A stretch of DNA of 64,000 nt from an uncultured virus (IMG/VR IMGVR_UViG_3300002461_000499) (IMGVR_UViG_3300002461_000499), one strand, 5' to 3'. Positions 9,132 through 19,093 are shown, counted from the stretch's first letter. Made by a program: numbers and translations. Notes: a model not told the origin generated them from the sequence alone.

Positions 9132-9830
9132 ATGAGTACGATAAAGAAATTCGATTCAAAAACCGGCATGATGGTCACATTCGATCAGTTCCATGCCTTA
9201 CGCGGTGATGACGGCGTCGGCGGATACAAGAACACCGACGAATGGGATCACTTGCCGGAAATCGTGAACGCCTACGACAGCGAAGCCGATACCCGAAAGC
9301 ACATTGCACGGGTCAACGAACTGTTATTGAAGGCGTCGCAAGAACTGATCCGTCGAGGAATCGCACACGACGCGTCGAAACTGGGCGAATACGAAAAGCC
9401 GTATTTTGACCGCGAAGGCAATACTTTTGCCCGCATCGAATTCGGAACGCCTGAATACACGGCAGCGATAAACCGACTGGGCCCGGCTTTGCAAAATCAC
9501 TATGCGGAAAACTCGCACCATCCGCAGCACTACGAAAACGGAATTCTGGGAATGGATTTGTTCGACCTCGTCGAAATGCTTTGCGATTGGAAGGCAGCCG
9601 GGGAACGTGACAGCGGCGGCAACATCGTTCGTTCGATTCAGGTCAATGCAAAGCGGTTCAATATTCCCGAGGCACTTGTCGAAATCCTGACGAATCATGC
9701 CGCACGACATTTCCCGACCCCGTCACATCAAAAAGCCCCTGAACAAGACGTTCCGAAAATAACCGTTGAAATGTTCGACGAACAGAACATCGTTCTGAAC
9801 ATACGGCATAAACCTATCAACGCAGTGTAA
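9132..9830 (+). CDS. HD-like metal-dependent phosphohydrolase (DUF5662-like)
   Basis: H...HDASK...HY..NSHHPQHY..G..GMDLFDLVEMLCDW. Confidence 0.7.
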   Translation: MSTIKKFDSKTGMMVTFDQFHALRGDDGVGGYKNTDEWDHLPEIVNAYDSEADTRKHIARVNELLLKASQELIRRGIAHDASKLGEYEKPYFDREGNTFARIEFGTPEYTAAINRLGPALQNHYAENSHHPQHYENGILGMDLFDLVEMLCDWKAAGERDSGGNIVRSIQVNAKRFNIPEALVEILTNHAARHFPTPSHQKAPEQDVPKITVEMFDEQNIVLNIRHKPINAV

Positions 9831-9843
9831 AAGCAGTGTAATC

Positions 9844-10095
9844 ATGGCGATTACTTACAAATGTTTTCTTTTGCAGCCAGACAGTACGACGATTTACGGC
9901 GTCATCACTGAAAACGCGTCGACAATCGGTTTACAACGAATGAGGTTGTCGTCGTTCGGCAAACTCATACCCGCGCACTGTCCGCCGATTTATGAGGCGA
10001 AAGTGTTCATCAAGTCGGCGAAGTTCATACCGACGAAAAACGAAGCCGAGGCAATCGAACACGTTGAAACTGTTGACAGAATCAGACAATTGTGA
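9844..10095 (+). CDS. Hypothetical protein
   Basis: 83 aa ORF filling the gap before terS. Confidence 0.45.
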   Translation: MAITYKCFLLQPDSTTIYGVITENASTIGLQRMRLSSFGKLIPAHCPPIYEAKVFIKSAKFIPTKNEAEAIEHVETVDRIRQL

Positions 10096-10137
10096 ACGCG
10101 GCCGGGGCGAACCCCGGATCATTCAAACGCTTGTATC

Positions 10138-10551
10138 ATGGAAGTTCACCAAGACGATAATTTGCCGGAACAAACCGACGGTTCCCGCCCTGGAAGAAAC
10201 GGCGGCACTTTGCAACCCTGGAAGCCGGGGCAATCAGGCAACCCGGCCGGGATGAAAAAGGGAACGCTGCATTTTAATACGATTATGCGGAACATCCTTG
10301 CCGAGGAAGTCGTCGTTTCATTCAACGGCAAACCTGTTGTGTTGACACGCGCCCAGGCAATCATGTTGGAAAAGATACGCCTTGCGACAAGTTCCGAACA
10401 TGACGCCGTTCGTTTGCGGGCAATCATGGACATCGAAGATCGGATCGACGGCCGTCCGGTTCCTGTCATACCGGCAGCCCCGGACATTGACGAGGAAGGC
10501 GTCGTTTTTTACATACCGAACGCGAATTCAAGGCGCCGAAAGGATCAGTAA
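10138..10551 (+). CDS. terS: Terminase small subunit (DUF5681-like)
   Basis: WKPGQSGNPAG motif and DRIDGRP; upstream of terL. Confidence 0.7.
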   Translation: MEVHQDDNLPEQTDGSRPGRNGGTLQPWKPGQSGNPAGMKKGTLHFNTIMRNILAEEVVVSFNGKPVVLTRAQAIMLEKIRLATSSEHDAVRLRAIMDIEDRIDGRPVPVIPAAPDIDEEGVVFYIPNANSRRRKDQ

Positions 10552-10578
10552 ATTTTATCATTCAAACCTATAAAGTAC

Positions 10579-11070
10579 ATGAAACGTCACATCTTTTTTA
10601 CCCTGGCACTGTTTTTTTGTGCCCTTGCCCTGAATGCGCAATCCGATTTTAACTTCGCCTTTTACCCGCCGAACTCGTATGTCAAATATGAAACCGAGTT
10701 TAAAAAAGACAGTACCGGCAAATTCGTCGCTGTTGTCGATACTTTCCGGGGACAGGTTGCCGTGTTTATTGAAAAGACCTTTGCGAAATTCGTGATCCGG
10801 CATTTGCACGATATGTCGTTGACGTCCTACGAAAGCAACGTTCGTTTTAAAGGGACGGCTGCCGACGGGACGCTGTCTTATGAATCAATTGCGACAGCGG
10901 GCGAAATGGTATTCGTCAATCCGGGGCAAGGTCGTTGCGAAATTGTGTATCAGCGATGTTTCGAGGAACCCGCCGATAAAAAAGGGTACATCAAAAAATA
11001 TTGCAACGAAACACGACACGTTTTTGGTAATATTGCCCCGCCGATACTGCCTGTCACAGATAAAAAATGA
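10579..11070 (+). CDS. Secreted hypothetical protein
   Basis: Sec signal MKRHIFFTLALFFCALALNA/Q with Gln at +1, typical of Bacteroidota exported proteins. Confidence 0.7.
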   Translation: MKRHIFFTLALFFCALALNAQSDFNFAFYPPNSYVKYETEFKKDSTGKFVAVVDTFRGQVAVFIEKTFAKFVIRHLHDMSLTSYESNVRFKGTAADGTLSYESIATAGEMVFVNPGQGRCEIVYQRCFEEPADKKGYIKKYCNETRHVFGNIAPPILPVTDKK

Positions 11071-11073
11071 ATC

Positions 11074-11568
11074 ATGGCCTGTTGCGTTTCCTCACCTCTT
11101 TTACCTTGCGATTGCGGCTTTGAAAGCCCCGTGATTCAATTGCCCGCCCTGTCTATCAAACAGCCGATGGCCTCGCTTGTCGTGTTCGGCTTGAAAGGGC
11201 TTGAAATACGAAGCCGCCCGACAAAGGTTCGCGGGCGGGTGATCGTTTGCGCATCGCTGAAACCGTACGTCGATCCTATGCTCGACCCGGACAATCCCGG
11301 CCTGATCCTGAATGACGCCCGGCAGTATATCGACCGCATGGGCGAACTTGCTTTGTACGGGCAAGCGATTGGAATGATCGACATTGTCGGCTGTCGGTTG
11401 ATGACGCCCGACGACGAACAACGGGCACTGATCGAATACATCCCCGGCACCTATGCCTGGGAACTTGCAAACCCGACCGAGATCGAACCGTTTCCCGTAA
11501 CTGGTCAATTATCCTTTTTCAAAATACCGGCGAATAAAGTGATCGTAAAATGCGGGCTTCATTGCTGA
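11074..11568 (+). CDS. ASCH domain protein
   Basis: ALSIKQPMASLVVFGLKGLEIRS...RGRVIVCAS...YAWEL..P..PFPVTGQLSFF. Confidence 0.85.
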   Translation: MACCVSSPLLPCDCGFESPVIQLPALSIKQPMASLVVFGLKGLEIRSRPTKVRGRVIVCASLKPYVDPMLDPDNPGLILNDARQYIDRMGELALYGQAIGMIDIVGCRLMTPDDEQRALIEYIPGTYAWELANPTEIEPFPVTGQLSFFKIPANKVIVKCGLHC

Positions 11569-11577
11569 CGTTTACTT

Positions 11578-11585
11578 ATATTTGC
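11578..11585 (+). promoter_or_regulatory. Candidate Bacteroidota -7 promoter box (TATATTTG, position approximate)
   Basis: Matches TAnnTTTG in the intergenic gap before 11628. Confidence 0.45.
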
Positions 11586-11627
11586 CACTCATAAACAAAT
11601 ATTCTTTTCACACAACCCATCACGAAA

Positions 11628-12032
11628 ATGGCATTCCTTGACAACCTGGGCACACTGATTACCCAGAACGTAAATTTTAACGACGATCAACTCGAAACCC
11701 TCGTCGAAACCCTGATCGAAAAAACGACCGCAACGGCAACCGCTGGCGTCGAATTCGTAAATCTGGCCGGCGACAACGCAGCGACAACCGCTGCCGGTGA
11801 AAGCCTCGTCAGCCTGGCCGGTGAAATCGGTACGGCGTTCCCTCACCTGACGGCGGAACAAGCCGACCGTTTTAAAGGCATCGTCGCGAACGTGTACGAC
11901 AATCCTGATCCGGCTGTCGATGCGGCCGCGCAAAAAGTATTCGATACTGCCGTCGATTCTGTCGTCGCCGCACAGGCCGTCAGCGATTACGTCGCAAGTA
12001 CAGAAACGGACACGGGCACCGAGGGCGAATAA
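11628..12032 (+). CDS. Acidic Ala/Thr-rich hypothetical protein
   Basis: ORF with its own candidate promoter and terminator. Confidence 0.7.
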   Translation: MAFLDNLGTLITQNVNFNDDQLETLVETLIEKTTATATAGVEFVNLAGDNAATTAAGESLVSLAGEIGTAFPHLTAEQADRFKGIVANVYDNPDPAVDAAAQKVFDTAVDSVVAAQAVSDYVASTETDTGTEGE

Positions 12033-12065
12033 ACCCGACCTGAACTTGACCTTTGTCTCATGGGG

Positions 12066-12100
12066 AACGTGCTGTCAGAAATGGCAGCACGTTTTTTTTG
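12066..12100 (+). terminator. Intrinsic terminator
   Basis: AACGTGCTGTCA-GAAA-TGGCAGCACGTT followed by a T run. Confidence 0.8.
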
Positions 12101-12146
12101 TCCCGTGAATGTTGGTATATTTGCGATACATTCAAACCGTCAACAC

Positions 12147-13094
12147 ATGGTAAATACTATCGAACGCATTCACCGCGACTTTTCTGTCGACTTGCTGGAA
12201 GAATTGCGGGCGGCAAACGAAGCCGCTTTTCTGGAACGAATATGCCCGCCCCTTGTAAAAAAGGAAAAATTTATCGAGCGGGTCACGCATTACCGACAAC
12301 ACTATCCGACATATAATTTTGTAACCGAGCAACAGATCGAGGAAATTTGTATTCGGTACGGGCTTGTTTTCGGATCGTTGATGACATTCAGCGGGACGAT
12401 ACCGGTGAAAAACCGCCTTGAAATCAGAAACTTTAATTTGCGGGCTGCCGATGCGACGTTCGTTGACGCGTCCTTGCCGGGGCGCATTTACGGGCTTGCA
12501 CTGAACAACGGATCAGCAACACAAATCACAGTGCCGGAACGCGGCGGTCACGGAACAATCGACTTTCGGTCGGGCTTTCTTCCTGCTGATCCCGACCGGC
12601 CGTTCGACGTGATCCCTGTCGGGGAACACTTTACCCTTGTGCGCAATCCTGACGAAACAAGTTATCGGCTTTACCTCGAAATTGACGTGTGCGGTTCGCC
12701 CTGGCTGATTCAGTACGGCGTCGCTCGAATCAATTTCGGCGAAGTGTTCATCACCTGGCGGGCCGAGCGTTTCGGCAATCGGATCATTCAACAGTCGGAG
12801 GTCGGATTGCGCCTGACGATGCGGCAAATTCAAGAATCGAGGGAAATTTGTTTGCGTCGCAATGTTTCCCCGATGGTCGTCGGCGACCGTTCAATGTTCA
12901 CCCGTTTCGGTGATGCTGTCGAGACTGTCGGGCACCGCCTGAAATTCAAGCGGGCGCAAATGCCGCCCGGCGGCGCCTGGATTTTCACGAACGACCCGAT
13001 CATTTTGCAGCCTGTCCCGTACGGGTACCTTGTTGTTACAAAGTGGGGCGCTGAATCAAACATTCCCGAGATTATCGACGGCCGATCAAACTGA
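12147..13094 (+). CDS. Conserved-type phage hypothetical protein
   Basis: Start placed at ATG 12147, downstream of the terminator and a TATATTTG box (12116-12123); C-terminal DPIILQPV..GYLVVTKWG.E. Confidence 0.7.
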   Translation: MVNTIERIHRDFSVDLLEELRAANEAAFLERICPPLVKKEKFIERVTHYRQHYPTYNFVTEQQIEEICIRYGLVFGSLMTFSGTIPVKNRLEIRNFNLRAADATFVDASLPGRIYGLALNNGSATQITVPERGGHGTIDFRSGFLPADPDRPFDVIPVGEHFTLVRNPDETSYRLYLEIDVCGSPWLIQYGVARINFGEVFITWRAERFGNRIIQQSEVGLRLTMRQIQESREICLRRNVSPMVVGDRSMFTRFGDAVETVGHRLKFKRAQMPPGGAWIFTNDPIILQPVPYGYLVVTKWGAESNIPEIIDGRSN

Positions 13095-13146
13095 TCGGTT
13101 ATGACAGGGCCGGGGCAAATAACGCCCCGGTCATACTTTTTTTTGA

Positions 13147-13413
13147 ATGAACGAATGGCCCTTTAATGGAAAATCTGCCTGGTCAACCTTGTCACCGGGT
13201 CAAAAATTCGCGGCGTTCGTCGGCGTCCCGATCTTTCATTTGATGTTTCGGTCGGCGCTTTACCTTGTCGATACTTCAATCCCCTGGCTTTGGCTTCGCA
13301 TCTTGTTTGCCTTTTCGCTGTTTTTCATATTGCCATGGGTTTATGTAAACGGTATCGGTACATTAATTGCAATCGGGTTTGAAATAGTATTGAAAGCGAC
13401 GCGGCGAAAATGA
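13147..13413 (+). CDS. Small membrane protein
   Basis: Two to three hydrophobic segments; ATGA overlap with terL. Confidence 0.6.
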   Translation: MNEWPFNGKSAWSTLSPGQKFAAFVGVPIFHLMFRSALYLVDTSIPWLWLRILFAFSLFFILPWVYVNGIGTLIAIGFEIVLKATRRK

Positions 13414-14927
13414 AAGAAGAAATCGGGCCACAACCGGGGTTTCAGGAAAAGGCGGTCGATTGTGCCGCTGATATTGCAATCATCGGCGGCGCTGCCGGTG
13501 GTGGAAAATCTTGGTGTTTGCTTTACGATCCGGTAAAGTATGTGTTCGACGGTTCACCCGGTTTCAACGGCATTATTTTTCGTCGAGAATTAACACAGAT
13601 CAAGACGACCGGCGGTTTATGGGACAAGGCAAAAGAACTGTTCAGTAAAATGCCCGCCGGTTTCCGTCCCGCTGCATTCGGCGGCAACACACATTTCAGG
13701 TTCAAGTTCCCCGGCGGCTTCGATTTACAGCTCGCACACCTACACGACGACAAAACAATTTATCATTATCAGGGCACGGAAATCGCCTATATTGCTTTTG
13801 ATGAATTGACGCATTTCACCGAGGATCAATTTTTTTACATGCTGTCGCGTAACAGGTCGACAGGCGGCGTTGAACCTTACGTCAGGGCATCGACGAACCC
13901 CCAGGGCGAAGGATGGGTCAAACGTCTTGTTGCACCCTGGATTTATCCTGACGATTATCACATCGAAGGTTTGCGCGGCGCCCCGATCCCTGAAATGCAA
14001 GGCGTTTTATTATACCTTGCCCGTGTCGATGGCGTCGTAATAATGCGCGAAACACCTGAACAGGTATTGGAATCAATGCCGCCTGACATCGCCGAAACAT
14101 TCCCGGTTGATTCGATTCGCTCGATCACTTTCGTCGCCGGTAAACTTGCCGAGAATCAGATTTTAATGAAGTCAAACCCCGGTTATTTGGGTAACCTGTT
14201 GGGCCTGTCTGAATCAGAACGGGCGCAATTGCTTGACGGTCGTTGGATCAACCTTGACAGCGATGCAATGCGTTTGTATTCAAACAACGCAATTTCTGAT
14301 ATTTTCAGTAATTTTGTTGCCGGTGGCAAAACGCGGTATATCACGGCCGATATTGCGTTCGAGGGTTCCGACCTTTTTGTCATCGCGATTTGGGAAGGCT
14401 GGCGGCTTGTTGAACTTCGCGTGTTCCCGAAATCCCTGGGTGACGAAGTGTTGCGGGAAATACAAAAAGCGGCGTCTGATTGGAGCGTGCCTCGGCGAAA
14501 TATTGCGTTTGATGCGACCGGCGTCGGAAGCCCGTACAAAGGATTTTTGCGCACCTCATACGCGTTTGTTTCAAATGCTATGCCGATACCTGAAAAACCG
14601 AAAACGTTTACACAGGGCAAGCAACAACAGCAAATGAAGCCCCTTTACTATAATCTTCGATCACAAGTGTTCTTTTATTTGCGTGACATAATAGAGAACT
14701 CCGAAATGGAAATCGTTGACGACACATATCGGCGGGAAATCGAGGAAGAATTAAGAGCGATTCGGAAGATGGAAACAATCGACGGAAAATTGCGGATCAT
14801 ACCGAAAAAGCAAATCGTTTCAGCGATTGGTCGTTCACCTGACTTTGCCGACGTGATTGCAATGCGGGCAATTTTTGATTTAATCCCGACATTCACGCCG
14901 CCGCCCCGAATGTTTAAATCATTTTAA
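13410..14927 (+). CDS. terL: Terminase large subunit
   Basis: PQPGFQ, Walker A GGAAGGGKS, Walker B IAFDELTHF, ASTNP, nuclease TADIA..GSD, FDATGVG, GRSPDFAD. Confidence 0.95.
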   Translation: MKEEIGPQPGFQEKAVDCAADIAIIGGAAGGGKSWCLLYDPVKYVFDGSPGFNGIIFRRELTQIKTTGGLWDKAKELFSKMPAGFRPAAFGGNTHFRFKFPGGFDLQLAHLHDDKTIYHYQGTEIAYIAFDELTHFTEDQFFYMLSRNRSTGGVEPYVRASTNPQGEGWVKRLVAPWIYPDDYHIEGLRGAPIPEMQGVLLYLARVDGVVIMRETPEQVLESMPPDIAETFPVDSIRSITFVAGKLAENQILMKSNPGYLGNLLGLSESERAQLLDGRWINLDSDAMRLYSNNAISDIFSNFVAGGKTRYITADIAFEGSDLFVIAIWEGWRLVELRVFPKSLGDEVLREIQKAASDWSVPRRNIAFDATGVGSPYKGFLRTSYAFVSNAMPIPEKPKTFTQGKQQQQMKPLYYNLRSQVFFYLRDIIENSEMEIVDDTYRREIEEELRAIRKMETIDGKLRIIPKKQIVSAIGRSPDFADVIAMRAIFDLIPTFTPPPRMFKSF

Positions 14928-14942
14928 AAATAGGTTTTCACC

Positions 14943-15716
14943 ATGACATTACTTGACAAAGCCCTCGAACTGTACAAGGGCGTTCTTGAAGCGAAACCGC
15001 GAACCGATCCAATGGTTTTGCAAATTCAAGCCTATATCGTCACCCATTGGGGGCACGAAGGCACGAAAGGCACCCGAGCCGTCGAGGAAGGGCCACTCGA
15101 ATACAAGTACAAGAAAGAACAATCCGGCGTCCGGCCGATGCGGACTTTCAACGAACAGCCCGCCGCCGAACCTGACGAACCTTTCACGGTCGAGCAAGGC
15201 GAAAACGCCCTTGCAAAATACGAGGCCGATTATAAAAAGATCGGCGCGGAAATCGCGGGATTGCCTTACGACGATCCGAAACGGGGGCAACTTGTAACCG
15301 CCGCCGCTGATTTGCGAATCAGGATCAACGCTTTTTCCGGCGGTCGTCCGGCGGCACCTGTCGCAACTTCGCCCGTTCCTGAACAGCCTGTCGGCAACGT
15401 TCCCGAGAAATCGAACATCCTGGCCGAAAAAGCGAAGGAAGCGGGAAAGGGAAAAGCCCCGTCCAACTCCCCAACCCCGCGCAAGGATGTTGCGGCGGAT
15501 AAAAAGGAAGTGGCCGGCACTGACGGGGCCGCGACTGAAATGCCGGTGATGGATGTCGCACACCTCAAAACGTATCGTGCGAAAGCCCTGGGCGAAGCCT
15601 ATACGCCCGAGGTGTTAAAACACTGGCTGTCGCAAATGAACGTCACGCCGTCCGGCACTGAAAGTCGTACGCAACTTGCACAGCTCGTTTTGCAGCATAT
15701 CAAAACGGAAAAGTAA
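14943..15716 (+). CDS. Hypothetical protein (Pro/Ala/Lys-rich linker)
   Basis: 257 aa ORF directly after terL. Confidence 0.7.
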   Translation: MTLLDKALELYKGVLEAKPRTDPMVLQIQAYIVTHWGHEGTKGTRAVEEGPLEYKYKKEQSGVRPMRTFNEQPAAEPDEPFTVEQGENALAKYEADYKKIGAEIAGLPYDDPKRGQLVTAAADLRIRINAFSGGRPAAPVATSPVPEQPVGNVPEKSNILAEKAKEAGKGKAPSNSPTPRKDVAADKKEVAGTDGAATEMPVMDVAHLKTYRAKALGEAYTPEVLKHWLSQMNVTPSGTESRTQLAQLVLQHIKTEK

Positions 15717-16664
15717 ATGATTCAGGGTACTTTAAAGAGGCCGGACGGGGGCACGTTAATCGCTTTCGATATACCGGAAAGATTATCCGAAGTGCCGTTA
15801 TCACGGTATATCGACTTTTTGATTCACTGTCGAGAATTCGACGATACAAGCGCGACCGCGATTGCCGTAATGGCGAAAGCGGTTTCCGCTTTTCTTGGCA
15901 TTGACCTGCAAACCGTTTTGAGCGCATCGGCTGGCGTTTTCGACGCCGGTGAAAGATCGTATTCGGGCGCCGTATCGAACTTGCACGGGTATATCGTTAA
16001 AATGATCCGGGAATTTAAACCCGAAATCAAGTCGGCATCGGCGGCGGCGTTCACATACAAGGGGCAACAGTATTTTATCCCGACGATCATTCGACAGGCA
16101 ATCGAAGGTGAATTCACTTTGCCCGACCTGTCTGTCGCCGAGGTGATCGAAGTTGCGGAAATATCCCGGTTCAAACAACAGGTCACGCAAACGCGCGGTG
16201 ATCGGGACGGCGTACTGTTGAAAAAGATAAACGACCTTGCCGCAAAGCAAATCAAGGACAACGGCGGCAAGGATCAGGACGGCGAAATCGCGAAAGCGGC
16301 TGACAAGGTTTATCGAATGGAAGTTGAAAGGGCCGGTGATCCTGACGGGTCGTTGTCATATACCTTTTACCTGCAAATGATTGCCGTGCTTTGTCGGTTG
16401 CCGGGTGAACAATTGCCCTTTGAAGATTCAGCGCGGGAATCATGGATTCAAAACCGGGCGTACTATTTTCAGGACATCGACGCAGAAACAGCGCTGAACC
16501 TGGATTTTTTTTTGACCAATACTTTACCATTCTCAAATCAAAGGCCGGTTGCCGTTGGTTTTTTGAGAAACCACAGTTTCGCCGTCGTGGCGGCGACCCA
16601 GTTAAAGAGCGCGAAGCGTTCGAGCGGTCGGTCGCGCAATCGGAAGAAACCTATAAAAAGGTAG
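15717..16664 (+). CDS. Probable tail assembly chaperone (0-frame product)
   Basis: IPERLSEVPLSRYIDF N-terminus; ends shortly after a GAT TTT TTT TTG slippery site. Confidence 0.6.
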   Translation: MIQGTLKRPDGGTLIAFDIPERLSEVPLSRYIDFLIHCREFDDTSATAIAVMAKAVSAFLGIDLQTVLSASAGVFDAGERSYSGAVSNLHGYIVKMIREFKPEIKSASAAAFTYKGQQYFIPTIIRQAIEGEFTLPDLSVAEVIEVAEISRFKQQVTQTRGDRDGVLLKKINDLAAKQIKDNGGKDQDGEIAKAADKVYRMEVERAGDPDGSLSYTFYLQMIAVLCRLPGEQLPFEDSARESWIQNRAYYFQDIDAETALNLDFFLTNTLPFSNQRPVAVGFLRNHSFAVVAATQLKSAKRSSGRSRNRKKPIKR

Positions 16665-16801
16665 GGTGGCGACAATTGGTCGTGACACTTTTGCAAAAGG
16701 GGTGGTTTAATTCGCCCGATATGTCGGCAATTCAATCTGTTCTGTCTGCCTGTTTTGAAGATGCCGTCCGACTTTTATCAATCGAAAATGCGTCGAAATG
16801 A
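16505..16801 (+). CDS. Tail assembly chaperone -1 frameshift extension (gpGT-like)
   Basis: -1 frame open from the T9 run (FFFDQYFTILK...GWRQLVVTL..KGWFN) to a stop overlapping the next ATG; no good start of its own. Confidence 0.6.
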   Translation, partial: FFFDQYFTILKSKAGCRWFFEKPQFRRRGGDPVKEREAFERSVAQSEETYKKVGWRQLVVTLLQKGWFNSPDMSAIQSVLSACFEDAVRLLSIENASK

Positions 16802-17559
16802 ATCAACCTGTTAATTTGACAATCACAGACTTTTACCGGATTTGCCGTAACAGCGTTCGGTTCTTTCCTGCTGACATCGACGGTCGCACCTGTCATCAAA
16901 TTCAAGCCTGGCGCGTCTTGCAGCGCGACCCGCGCATGATGCACGAAATCGGTACCGATACCCTGGGCGCCGTTCCGACCGATGCCGACAGCCCGTTCTT
17001 TTGGTCGCGAAAATGGGAAAACGAATCATTCGACCCCGGCAAACTTTCGTACGATTACCCGCTTTTGACTGCATTCGAGATCGTCAACGAAACGACAGGA
17101 AGTGTCTTTCAGGGCAATGTGTCACGAACGTACACGGTCGAACTTGCCGTTCTGGAAGCGTTCAAACCTGAATCGTGCGTGCCGAATTCCGAATCGTGTG
17201 AGGGACGGCCGATCAATCAAATATTTCTCGATACGGAAATGCTGCTCGATTCTGTTGTCGGCTACATAGGCGGCACGGTTGCCGCAAAACTTCCTGATAA
17301 CAAAGTCGTTATCGGAAACCTGGATATGTTAAAAGCCGAATACGGAAACAGCGTCGACGTGTTGCTCGATTACGGCCGGATTTGGCAATCACAGAACCCG
17401 AGGCTTGTATTTTCACGCGTCGAATTTCCTGCAAAAAACATATACGGGACAAAAACCCGTGTGACGTTCAAGGCTGAAAGATGCCCGACGGTAAATTTCA
17501 ACTTTAAATTACCCGAGCCGGGAATCGTAGGATTTGAGGCCGGTTGCACAAATTGTTAA
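16798..17559 (+). CDS. Hypothetical protein, possibly tail completion/terminator
   Basis: Position in morphogenesis region only. Confidence 0.55.
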   Translation: MNQPVNLTITDFYRICRNSVRFFPADIDGRTCHQIQAWRVLQRDPRMMHEIGTDTLGAVPTDADSPFFWSRKWENESFDPGKLSYDYPLLTAFEIVNETTGSVFQGNVSRTYTVELAVLEAFKPESCVPNSESCEGRPINQIFLDTEMLLDSVVGYIGGTVAAKLPDNKVVIGNLDMLKAEYGNSVDVLLDYGRIWQSQNPRLVFSRVEFPAKNIYGTKTRVTFKAERCPTVNFNFKLPEPGIVGFEAGCTNC

Positions 17560-17581
17560 TCACATCAAAAATTCTTACACT

Positions 17582-19093
17582 ATGCAACGTTTGAAAGATG
17601 CCCGTTTCGGAATAGGGGCAATACTTCTTTACCTGGGCATCATGTTTTTCAGCCGATGCACCGAACCGACAAATCCGCCGATAGTCAAATGCCCGTGTGA
17701 ATGTCCGCCGGTCGATACGATTATCACGAACCCGCCTGTCGATACTTCAATCGGCCGGGAAATCCTGTTCGGTGCAAATACGAACAACTATCAGCCGAAA
17801 GAAAAACAGGCGCAAATGCAAGGCGTCCGTTTTTACCTTCCGATTGGTTGGGTATTTACCCCGCAAGGTTTTTACGGGGAACCTCAAAAGCAGGGGCAAA
17901 AGCAATTCACCGGCGTCGACACTTATCTCGAATATATGAGGTCACAGAATGTCGATGTTCTGTTGACCCTTATGCAATCGCCTGACTGGCTGAACGGTCA
18001 AACGGCCGGGCCTGGATTGAACACGAACGACTTTCCGCCGATTCGCCCCGGTCTGAATCGCGAATTGCCGTCGTCGTTTTCGGATGTCGCCGGGATTTAC
18101 AAGGCGTTTTCGATTCGTTACGGTTCCCGTACCTGGGCACCCGGATCGTACCGAATTGACCCGGCGCCGCCCCGCTGGACAAATGACGGGCCGCAACAAT
18201 TCAAATCAGGTTTGAACCTCGTGAAATTTATCGAGGTCGGGAATGAGCCTGACAGGTGGTGGGACATCGGAACGCCGAAATACATGACGCCGAAAGAATA
18301 CGGCGCGATGTTGATTGCCGCTTACGATTCAATCAAATTCGCCGATCCTTCCTTGCAGGTAGTTATGGCCGGCCTGACGAATTTCGACCTGAAATATTTG
18401 ACTGAAATGAAAGTGTATTGTGATGCACGCGGGCGCAAATTCCCCGCTGACATTATCAATGTGCATCACTATTCGTCGACCGGTAATCTGACGGGCGTAC
18501 ATCCGCCGACCTGGCCCGCGAACAGCGGATGCCCGCCGGAACTCGACAAGGACATGAACAGCCTTGCGAAGATCGTCACGTTCGCGAACGGTATCGGGCT
18601 GCCGACCTGGGTCACTGAATACGGGTACGACGATCAGACAGGTTCGCAACTTGCCCCGGCGCCGCTGATCCTTGTCACGAACAGGGATTTGCAAGCGCAA
18701 TGGAACGTCCGTTCAGCCCTGGAACACATACGCCTGGGCGCGTCCCGATCCTATGTATTCACAATGGCCGACGAGGCGAACGGCGGATCGGGTACGTTTC
18801 AAACGTCCGGCCTACTTGGGCGCGAATCTGTCGGGTATGCAGAAAAACCGGCATTCACTTTGTTCGCTACTATGTGCAAAGAACTGAAAGGGTTCAAATA
18901 CCTGGCCGACGAATCGACAGCAACGACCCGCGTAATGAAGTTCAGGCACCCGGACGGCCGATTCGTTTATGCCTACTGGTCGCCGACCGCATCCGCAAAA
19001 ACGTTCGCCGCGACAATTGCAGGAAAGGCGGTCGCCGTAACCGAAACAGTTCAGTATTTAAAAACGTCCGCAAATGGTCAATATCTTCAATGA
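17582..19093 (+). CDS. Lipoprotein glycoside hydrolase, clan GH-A (GH5/GH39-like)
   Basis: Acid/base EVGNEPD, INVHHY, nucleophile WVTEYGYD; N-terminal hydrophobic stretch ending FFSR/C. Confidence 0.8.
   Translation: MQRLKDARFGIGAILLYLGIMFFSRCTEPTNPPIVKCPCECPPVDTIITNPPVDTSIGREILFGANTNNYQPKEKQAQMQGVRFYLPIGWVFTPQGFYGEPQKQGQKQFTGVDTYLEYMRSQNVDVLLTLMQSPDWLNGQTAGPGLNTNDFPPIRPGLNRELPSSFSDVAGIYKAFSIRYGSRTWAPGSYRIDPAPPRWTNDGPQQFKSGLNLVKFIEVGNEPDRWWDIGTPKYMTPKEYGAMLIAAYDSIKFADPSLQVVMAGLTNFDLKYLTEMKVYCDARGRKFPADIINVHHYSSTGNLTGVHPPTWPANSGCPPELDKDMNSLAKIVTFANGIGLPTWVTEYGYDDQTGSQLAPAPLILVTNRDLQAQWNVRSALEHIRLGASRSYVFTMADEANGGSGTFQTSGLLGRESVGYAEKPAFTLFATMCKELKGFKYLADESTATTRVMKFRHPDGRFVYAYWSPTASAKTFAATIAGKAVAVTETVQYLKTSANGQYLQ

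Noticed and set aside
12060..12146. ORF start at 12060
   Set aside because: Would run through a terminator and promoter box; ATG 12147 is more plausible
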